64,000 nt of DNA from Anthoceros angustus (Eukaryota; Plantae; Anthocerotophyta): positions 62,001 through 126,000 of the forward strand of contig MU008201.1 in NCBI GenBank assembly GCA_010909165.1. The letters run 5' to 3'. A program made the position numbers and the translations under genes. Positions 1 through 8,545 of this stretch are shown here, one piece after another. The notes beneath the pieces were generated by a model that saw only the letters and a program-made list of their open reading frames with translations, was not told the origin of the DNA and ran no database searches. How positions within the stretch are numbered: the first letter of the stretch is position 1; each line of letters starts with the position of its first letter.

Positions 1-803
1 CTGGGCACCCTCCTCCCCTTCCCCGTGAACACTCCAAATGTCGATGGTCGATAGCAGCGGCGACGCCTCGAAGAGCTCCCGCGTGAAGATGAAGCCTGCC
101 ACACCTTCACGCCCGAGCCGGTACTTTCAGTTCCCAAGTTCAGCTGTACATGACATGTTCACGTTCCAAGTTTGACTTAACTTCAAACTGTATAAATATT
201 GGATAATCGAAACTTGGGGTATATGCAGCACATATTGCACATTTGCATATGTCACAAAATGTGGTATACCTAACCGTGCTAAGACCCGATTGCATCTAAA
301 GTATGCGCAGCATCGTCTGCAGTCCGACGGTCAGGATAATCGCCAAAAGGTTATCAGGCAGTTTCATTTTCATCCTGAAAGTGTTCACGGTTTATATCAG
401 TGTTAGGGCATCAAACATTATGGGGTTTGCAGTCAAGTGATGCAGTTTCGTGGATTCCATGAATCCACGGTTGCACATCTCTAACAAGACCCTCACATTG
501 AGCAGGCGCGGGCTGCCATGAACATTGGTACCCGGGTGGCAGTAATGGATCCAGCTCTGCAAGATACGTCAAGGAGGAGACAGTGTGGAGAGGCGCGGAT
601 GTCGCCATATGCATGACGTGCGTGGCCAGCTCCACCCCTGCAGGCTGCCAAGACCACAATAAGCAAGGTGGTGGCGGAGCTTGCCCAGACCCTGAAGATG
701 GAGTTCGGCATCGGAACCAACCTGTCTGTGACAAGCGTTGCGAAGGTGGAGGACGAGAAAGCGGTTGATGCAAACAACTGATCTCCAAGAAGAAAGTTAT
801 ATA

Positions 804-1908
804 CAGTCCACCCCCCTATTTGGGACTGGTTCGGAGTGCCTTTAGTGATCCCATTAAGGGAGGTGTCCTGATTGGATTTTTTTCATATTTAAAAAATAAT
901 AAATATTATAAATTTAAAAAGAAAAATACTCAAAAAAAGAAAATTCAAATTTTGATTGATAGGTTTTTTCAAAAAATAACTTTTACCACTTCTCTACATA
1001 GTTGCTTGAAAGCTAGCACTCTCTCTAAGTAGCATTAAAAAACCTCTACCTGTTTTGTTAGGAGTCTTCAATCACACCTAAAAGTCTATTGTGCTATGAA
1101 ATAATATACAATACTCCTTTGCACCCGCGATACTTTGAGATGATGACTAATCACGTGTTTCTCAAAGACATTAAGCAATGCCAAAGAGTCTATAGTGTCG
1201 TGTGGCATCTGTATCAGGTAAGTTCTTGCTGCATCCAAACCTTTGATAGCATCTTCCATAGTTTGTCATGGTAGGGGTGGCATTGTCGCTACTTCCTCTT
1301 CAATATTTTCGGCAAGCTCCTCTTCAACAGCTTGAGGGAATAGTGAATTTCATATTTTATCTTCTGTGGGAACAAATGTTATCTCCACATTTTCATCCTG
1401 CTCAAAGTTGACATACTCTTCAGCAGTCATGGTTGGATATCCAACATCTGTTGATGCCATGTCCTCAAAAGTTAACAATGCCAACCTACCCAATGCTTGT
1501 TGCATATCCAACATCTGTTGATACCATGTCCTCAAAAGTTAATAATGCCAACCTACCCAATGCTTGTTGCAGATCCAATATTTGGGTATCCAATGAATCG
1601 ATATGAAATGAAGGATCCCATTCAGGATGGATCATATGCTGGCATTGCATTCAAGTCTAAACCCTCACGCAACCGAGCATCTTCTGCCCGCACTGCTGCA
1701 TCTAGGGTACTCTTAATTTTTTTTAGTAAAACAATAAAAAATCGCATTTAGGGAGGTGAAACTAACATGAATGTATGTTTTAAAAGGTCCCAAATACCAT
1801 TTAGGGAAAAGTCCCATTTTTTATATTGTAAACTAAAAGGAGTAGGATCGGAGGGCCTATTTAGAGAGGAATCCCATTTATAGAGTTCCCAATTAAGGGG
1901 GCCGACTG
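804..1908 (-). mobile_element. Non-autonomous pogo/Tigger-like (Tc1/mariner superfamily) DNA transposon with a transposase C-terminal remnant
   Basis: Left end TA|CAGTCCACCCCCCTATTTGGGACT (804). Reverse complement of the right end TA|CAGTCGGCCCCCTTAATTGGGAACT (1908). TA flanks both ends. Minus strand ~1075-1460 reads, through stops, AEEYVNFEQDENVE...EEELAENIEEE...MEDAIKGLDAARTYL...KVSRVQRSIVYYF, resembling the acidic C-terminus of Tigger/CENP-B-like transposases. Confidence 0.75.
1437..1570. repeat. 67-bp tandem duplication inside the pogo-like element
   Basis: ATATCCAACATCTGTTGAT...CAATGCTTGTTGC starts at 1437 and again at 1504, with 2 mismatches. Confidence 0.9.
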
Positions 1909-3205
1909 TAGATCTAAGATGCTTGTAGATATATTCAGAGGATGCATTAAGTATAAATGGAGTTAGGTGCTAAAGATTTTATGCATGTGAATAGATATTA
2001 TAGGCTTGTTCAAAGATTGTATATCCCTCACTTTTCCTCATAAGTATAATGTGCTCTTAGTTTTTGTATCATTATTTTCTTATATTTCTCAACATTTTAT
2101 GAGTACATCCAATATGCAAGATCAAGGAGCCAAGTTTCTCTTTAGCTATGAACACCATAATTTTGTAAGGAGGTTAATATACACCATGGGGGTTTTGTGC
2201 ATTTTATACGCCTAAGGGGTTTCCAATGGGTTTTGAATGAGGGTTTCCTGGCACTTGGTCCGAAAAAGGCCTTAGAAAAAGGGTGGACATTTGCGCTGAA
2301 CATGACATTCATGTCCATGTCATGCCGGCCAAGGGTATGGACCATAGACTGTTATTCAGTCTGGGACCAGTTAATGCCCATGTATGAGGACCATTAGTGC
2401 CAGTAAAGTTACAAAATTATGAACATTTTACGGAAAACCTATGGTTAAGCATGGTAAGAATAGCCTCCACCTTCAGGTTTCATACAAGACTTTGAGAACA
2501 ATTATGACCATTGGATTATGAGGGTCTTCAACTCCTGAGGGTCTCCTCATGAGGAGACCCTCATTCTTAACAATTTGAGTCACAAGACGTTGGTCAATCG
2601 GCGTCTTGGGACCTGCCTTGTAGACCGACTCCGTATTCGCAGGCAATGTCGCATCTATTTACACTGTAGTCTCAAAGTAATGCTATGCTCCACGTTTTGG
2701 CGGGCACTTGAACATGCCTATATATTCTTCGAGAATGAAGCTGCACATAGTATATTACGAATGAATGAATGATAAATTTAACAACATCTAGGTAGAAAGG
2801 GGTTTCTCTTGTAACCCCTTTTCGCACACGGACTTCCGCAAACCCCAAATTGCATGCTAAAAAATCCGCACTAAAAATGGCTATTTTGAAGAGTTTAGGT
2901 CTTGTTGACGCGTGCACAAACGTATTTGATTTTAAACTTTATCCACTTCTGAGCCTTCCTAAAAGAAGGTCATTCTCACAACCGGCACGTGTACAAACAT
3001 TTAGAGTTTTTAGGGCTTGCTGTGATTTTGGTGCGCAACCAACCTTTCACTCATATCAGTCAATCTTAAGACTATACTCTCACTATGGGAATTTTACAGG
3101 ACTTTGTTTCTTATACATTAGGACCATAATATCTTCATTGACCTGATGCTCTTGATCCGCATGCAGTGCGCGAATGAGAGTGGTATGGTCTACACTTGGA
3201 GCTGG

Positions 3206-3805
3206 ACGTCTCAAGATTCAAAAAATGCAAAAGGTTCTCAAACGTCTCAAGATTCAAAAAATGCCAAAGGTTCTCACTACTAGTTCAAAGTTTTAACCAC
3301 TAGAAAAGAGATGAGAGCTAAGTCAAGATAAGGACATTTCCACATTAGGGAGGTGCACAAAAAGGGTTGAAAATGCCAAAAGGAACCCTTTAAAACAACA
3401 AAAATATAAAAAGTGGAAAAAACTATCAAAATTTTAGTGCAAGTGCGTGCACCTGCCCTAATGCGTGCACTTGCCCTAAAAGTGCAAAAAACTACCAAGT
3501 GCGCGCACCTTCCCTAATGCGTGCTCCTGCCCTAAAAGTGCAAAAAACTACCAAGTGCGCGCACCTGGGCGCCCTTGCCCCCTAGTGTGGACACTAGTGC
3601 GTGCTCTGGGCCACGTTGCCCCATGGTGCACGCACTTGTTCACCCAACTGGACCCCCTTGCCCCCTGGTACGCGCACTTGTTCGCCCACTTGGGCACCCT
3701 TGTCCCTTGGCGCGTGTAATTGTTTGCCCACCTGGGCCCCCTTGCCCCAAGGTGTGCACACCTGCGTCTTCTTACCCCCGAGTGCGCAAACATGTTTGCG
3801 CACCT
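3206..3805. repeat. Cluster of short tandem repeats
   Basis: 36-bp duplication at 3206 and 3242. 56-bp units CAAGTGCG(T/C)GCACC...AAAAAACTAC at 3440, 3496 and 3552 (partial). Degenerate GC-rich GCGCACTTGTTC(A/G)CCCA..GGG..CCCTTG units follow to ~3800. Confidence 0.8.
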
Positions 3806-5637
3806 AGATCTTCTTGCTTATTTTGCGCAAACAAGCTTGACGTGTGAAACATGTCATATTTTTGCTCATTCAATTTGAAACATACATTCAAACGGTTGAG
3901 GGAATGGGTTATTTGTTTGATAAAGGCAATGATTCAAACTCGTTAAAGCCAAAATCCAGGCAGGCATAAACGTTGTCGTAAACCAAAATGGCAAAGGAAT
4001 CATGCATAGGCTACGACCACAGCTACCGGATGCTTATGCAGGTAGAAGTTGGGGAGAACGAAGACACTAAGTCCATGGGTAAGAATGACGGTTTTGATGA
4101 CCCGAAAGTGGAGCGCATGTGGAACTTAGAAGTGGTCATACATTCAGTGTTGGCTCAAGGCCCGAATGAGCTACAGATTGGTCTCCATGAGGAACCATTC
4201 ACGGCGTAGCTGCTTGCATGTGCTCGTTTTAAAGTTTACCGGTTTTGTCCCAGTCGATATGGACGTCGCCATGTCAACGTCCACACACAACCTTCGGTTT
4301 TATTTCTTTCCAAAGTAGAACCATGTTTAGTTTTGATCTGAATTTATTGAATGATGTCCATGCATACATCACGGAGGGCGCTGGCCGGCCGGCACCTTAG
4401 ATAGGCTCTCTATCATGTCAATGGAAAGAACGCATGCAGACTCTCTGTTTATGGACAGAACAACAAGGATAAAGTCATTTTGAAGAATGGGTTAAAATCC
4501 TCTTTTAAGGATTGTGTCGAGTTCGGGAAGGGAGTCCTAAACCAAAAGAAAGGGGTTCGTAAATTAACCTCCTTAGAAAATTATAGTATTTATGCGGAAT
4601 TTCTTACAAGTCTTCGAAAGTATTGTATTCTACTTAAAAATATGTATTTTGAGAATTCTTTGGTTGCATCATTACATGATGAGGTTTACACTCTACAATG
4701 AACCATAATAGTTGAGGGCTATAGAAGCTAAACAACTATTTCTATGACGATACTCCATGTCGGGTGTTTGCGTAACCTCCTTATCCTTCGTCTTATGATG
4801 ATGCTCCACGCCATGTGTTTGGATAACCTGCTTATCCCACGTCTTATGACTATGCCCTCTGTGAGGTGTTTGCCTAACCTTCTTCTTATGAACGTTGAGG
4901 GATGTCTCTGATTTTTTAAGTAGCGTTGTAGACAAGCTAGGGGACAAATAAGAAACATAAATAGATCGATATTCCATCTTGTCAGCAAAGACTAATAGTT
5001 GAGAGAACTTCTCTGAATCCTTTATTAAGGCTAGACTTGATTTCATGCCAAACTTCCTCTTAAACTTGTCCACATATTTCATCATTAACTTCCTCGAAAA
5101 CTTCTCCACAGACACCATTCTCACCAAAACAAAATGTTATAGCGCAATACTTGTGGAGTCACTACTTATTGAATGAAAATGTATCAATGGTAATCAAAAG
5201 CTCAAAGTTTAATTGATAATAAGTTAGTGTCCATGGAGCCTTTATATAGGGAACAAACCACCTTGTTACGGAAACTCTTCCTAACATAGTAGCACACACC
5301 AACCTCATTAATGCCTATATGGTATTGTGATTCTACACCACTAAACTCTAAGATACTTAATATAACTAATCTTAGGGATGAATACTTCTTGCTAAGATGA
5401 CTGAATGAGTCTTCGAGAGGGGTACTTGATTTTGGTATTAACTTCTTCATGAAACGTTTTGCAAAGACCATCTTGAGAGTAATAAGGCCGTTAATTAGAG
5501 GTCCAGGAAATTTCTGTACTTCGATTTTGGTATTAACTGTACTTCGATTTTGGTATTAACTTCCTGGTATGGTATGTTTGGGCACGTTTACAGCTCGCAC
5601 TTTATGTAGACGATGAACGGACGGAGTATGGGTGTCC

Positions 5638-5812
5638 AAATTGCTTAGACCAAATGGACATAAGAATGCTATGATTAAGCATCCTGAGCTTAGATCGGTA
5701 CTTAGATGGGGTGCTTAAAAGGGAGTTGATGCCCTTGGTGCAAGTAGCTTAGGCAAACCATGGTACAAGTTGTTAAGTACCAAGTCCCATGACGGAAATC
5801 CGTCCTTCGTGG
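5638..5812 (+). repeat. Dispersed repeat, second copy at ~40788-40952
   Basis: The two copies align over ~170 bp with indels. A 47-bp core is identical (5757-5803 = 40897-40943). Confidence 0.8.
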
Positions 5813-6035
5813 ACTTAAATAAAATTCTTCTTCTTCTTCTTCTATGCTTTGAAGCAGCCGTTTCACATTGCTCCCGAATGGAACTAGTCCTCTTTTATAG
5901 TCTTGCCGCTGGAGTGTTTCAGTAGTTGCGTCCTGAATGGTTTGATTTACGAACGAAATGCGTGAGTCCAGATGCGGCACGCACCTTTCTGTTTTCAATC
6001 GAGGTTCAAGCTCTTCCAGCCTTCCAAAAGTACTT

Positions 6036-8486
6036 TCACCCTTGGGACGCTGTGTGATCCTCACACACAAAGGTATGCACCCCCCCGTCCATGTCCGTCC
6101 ACCAGCTCTGGCCCGGTTGCTTCCATGCCCCTATGCTTTTCCTACTCACCTGCATGTCCTGTGCCTCCTCCCACATGTGGGCACCAGAGTATATGTTGGA
6201 CATCGACACATATGCTGACGCATCTCTTTCGTCTAGCTTCAGTGCCTCTAAAAAAGCATGTCGTCCCACTTCCACGTTGCTCCACTTCTGACAAGCTCCC
6301 AATAGAGTGTGCCAAACGGCATCGTGAGGCTGCACAGGCATGGTCCTCACCAACGCTAGGGCCCCGTCAAGTTGGCCTGCACGACCTAGGAGATCCGCCA
6401 TGCACGAGTAATGCTCCGTGGTGGGAGTGATGCCATAGTGTTTGCTCATAGACTCGAAATACTCCCACCCTTTGTTCACCAGACCTGCATGACTGCATAC
6501 TTTTAGCACACAGAGGAATGTGATGTCGTCTGGCTGTATACCATCCTCTGTCATTTTGCAAACCAAGCTGAAGACCACTTCACTGTCTCCTTCTTGGGTG
6601 TATCCTGCAGTCAGTGCATTCCAGGTGACAACATCTCGTTCAGGCAGTGCATCAAACACCTGCTGGGCATCGACCATGCTCCCGGATTTTGCATACATGT
6701 TGATCAAACTATTGCCTACGATCACATCTGCTTGAAGCCCTTGTTCTTCAATCTGCGCATGCACCTGCCTTCCCACCTGCAAAGCCGCCATATCCGCACA
6801 TGCCTGCAGGAGGCACACGAATGTCACAGCAGTAGGGGCGACGATGCCATCTTCAAGCATAGCACTGTACAGTCGAAGGGCTCCCTGACCCATGCCCTGC
6901 TGGGAATATGCTGCTATCATGGCATTCCAAGTCACCACATTTTTCTGAGCAAGTCCATCAAAGACGCCCCGAGCATCCTCTAGGCTGCCACACTTTGCAT
7001 ACATATTTACCAGGCTGCAACCTACCACCACATCTTCCTGGAGTCCTCGTTCTCCCATCTGCGCATGAAGTTCCTTTCCCTTCCCCAAAGCCGAGGGACC
7101 TACACTTGCACATGCATGCATCAGGCACACTACTGCCACAGAATCGGGGGCAGCCATGCCTTCTTGTTGCATATAACTGTGTAGGCCCAGCGCTTCGTGA
7201 CCCATACCCAGCTGAGAATATCCTGCTATCAGAGCTGTCCACGAAACAACATCTTTTCCACTCAGTCCTGCAAACACTCTATGAGCATCCTCTATACTGC
7301 CACACTTTGCATACATGTTTATCAAATTGTTGCCTACAGTCACATCAGCTTCCAGCCCTCGTTCTCTAATCTGAGCATGAAGCAGCCTCCCTTTCTCCAA
7401 AGCGGACGTCCCCACACTTGCACATGCCTGCAGGAGGCACACAAATGTCACAGAATCGGGTACAGCCAACCCTTCATTCTGCATAGCAGAGTAGAGATGA
7501 AGGGCCTCCCGACCCATGCCCTGCTGAGAATATCCTGTTATCAGAGAGGTCCATGTCACCACATCTTTTCGACCAAGCCCATCGAACACCCTCTGAGCTT
7601 GTCCCAAGTTGCCACACTTTCCATACATATCCACCAAACAGTTACAAACAAACAAATCAGGCTCGACGCCACTGGCCAACACATCAGCATGCACCTGCTG
7701 CCCACTTTCCAAGTCTGCTTCCCTAGCACAAGCCTGTAGGGCTACCACAAACACATGACCATCTGGCTTCACTCCTGACTTGCGCATCCGATGGTACAGT
7801 TGTATGGCCTGCTTAGCTTGTCCATGTTTGACATGCGCTGAAATTATAGAGGACCATGTAAAGGCATCTGGTTTGGGCATAACGGAGAACAGATCCACCG
7901 CTTCCTGCAGTCTGGCATGAGAAGAGTACATTCGCAGAATATGATTGCACAAGAACGTGTCCGACTCATATCCCTCCTTGACGGTGAGAGCATGAACCCG
8001 GCGACCCAACACCAGATCCTGTTTATCCACAGTTCTTTTCAGGACGGTGGAAAAGAGAGATGTGGTAACAGGACAGTGTGCCTGCACCAAAACTCCCAGG
8101 GCATCGACAGCCTCGGCGAGCTGTCCTTGCTGACATAGTATCCTCACGGTCTCGGATGTTATGCATCTTTCGTATCCTGCATGCCTGTGAGGGCCAGGAC
8201 CATCCGGCAAGCTCCAGGTGCATGTAGTGGCAAGACGGGCCAGCTGCATGCTCAGAACCTCCACCCAAGAACGGGAACTCCCCTTCTGTTGCCTGTTATC
8301 CTGCCTCCACACAATATCGACTCTTGTTCGGCTGCAGCTTGCTGCTTGAGCCTTCGGGATCAGGTGAGTGCAAGCTCGTCCTAGAGGATGTGCCAATCCA
8401 ACGGATGATGGAATGGCTAACGGGCCATGTCGGCCTCTGCGTGAATCACCTTTCTGTGGAGGTGCGAGAGTGTGGTGCGTGAGCAT
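6036..8486 (-). CDS. PLS-class PPR protein: 17 PPR motifs + E1-E2 + truncated E+ with a WW-type PG box (organellar RNA-editing specificity factor)
   Basis: Intronless 816-aa ORF with (L1-S1-P1)n, P2-L2-S2 (HYSCMADLLGRAGQL), E1 (VWHTLLGACQKW) and KQPGQSWWTD. The real start may be the ATG at 8249. The E+ tail continues in another frame. Confidence 0.93.
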   Translation of the reverse strand: MLTHHTLAPPQKGDSRRGRHGPLAIPSSVGLAHPLGRACTHLIPKAQAASCSRTRVDIVWRQDNRQQKGSSRSWVEVLSMQLARLATTCTWSLPDGPGPHRHAGYERCITSETVRILCQQGQLAEAVDALGVLVQAHCPVTTSLFSTVLKRTVDKQDLVLGRRVHALTVKEGYESDTFLCNHILRMYSSHARLQEAVDLFSVMPKPDAFTWSSIISAHVKHGQAKQAIQLYHRMRKSGVKPDGHVFVVALQACAREADLESGQQVHADVLASGVEPDLFVCNCLVDMYGKCGNLGQAQRVFDGLGRKDVVTWTSLITGYSQQGMGREALHLYSAMQNEGLAVPDSVTFVCLLQACASVGTSALEKGRLLHAQIRERGLEADVTVGNNLINMYAKCGSIEDAHRVFAGLSGKDVVSWTALIAGYSQLGMGHEALGLHSYMQQEGMAAPDSVAVVCLMHACASVGPSALGKGKELHAQMGERGLQEDVVVGCSLVNMYAKCGSLEDARGVFDGLAQKNVVTWNAMIAAYSQQGMGQGALRLYSAMLEDGIVAPTAVTFVCLLQACADMAALQVGRQVHAQIEEQGLQADVIVGNSLINMYAKSGSMVDAQQVFDALPERDVVTWNALTAGYTQEGDSEVVFSLVCKMTEDGIQPDDITFLCVLKVCSHAGLVNKGWEYFESMSKHYGITPTTEHYSCMADLLGRAGQLDGALALVRTMPVQPHDAVWHTLLGACQKWSNVEVGRHAFLEALKLDERDASAYVSMSNIYSGAHMWEEAQDMQVSRKSIGAWKQPGQSWWTDMDGGVHTFVCEDHTASQG

Positions 8487-8545
8487 TAGAACATTCCACC
8501 AGCAGAAGAGTGAACAGGCCAGTATGCCGTTGCAAGCTAAGATCC

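Noticed and set aside
1-790. Coding-like GC-balanced stretch at the window start
   Set aside because: No frame gave a recognisable motif and no element ends were found; left unassigned.
4480-5471. AT-rich ORFs of 73-144 aa, one with a short internal repeat
   Set aside because: Probably TE debris, but there is no diagnostic motif, TIR or TSD.
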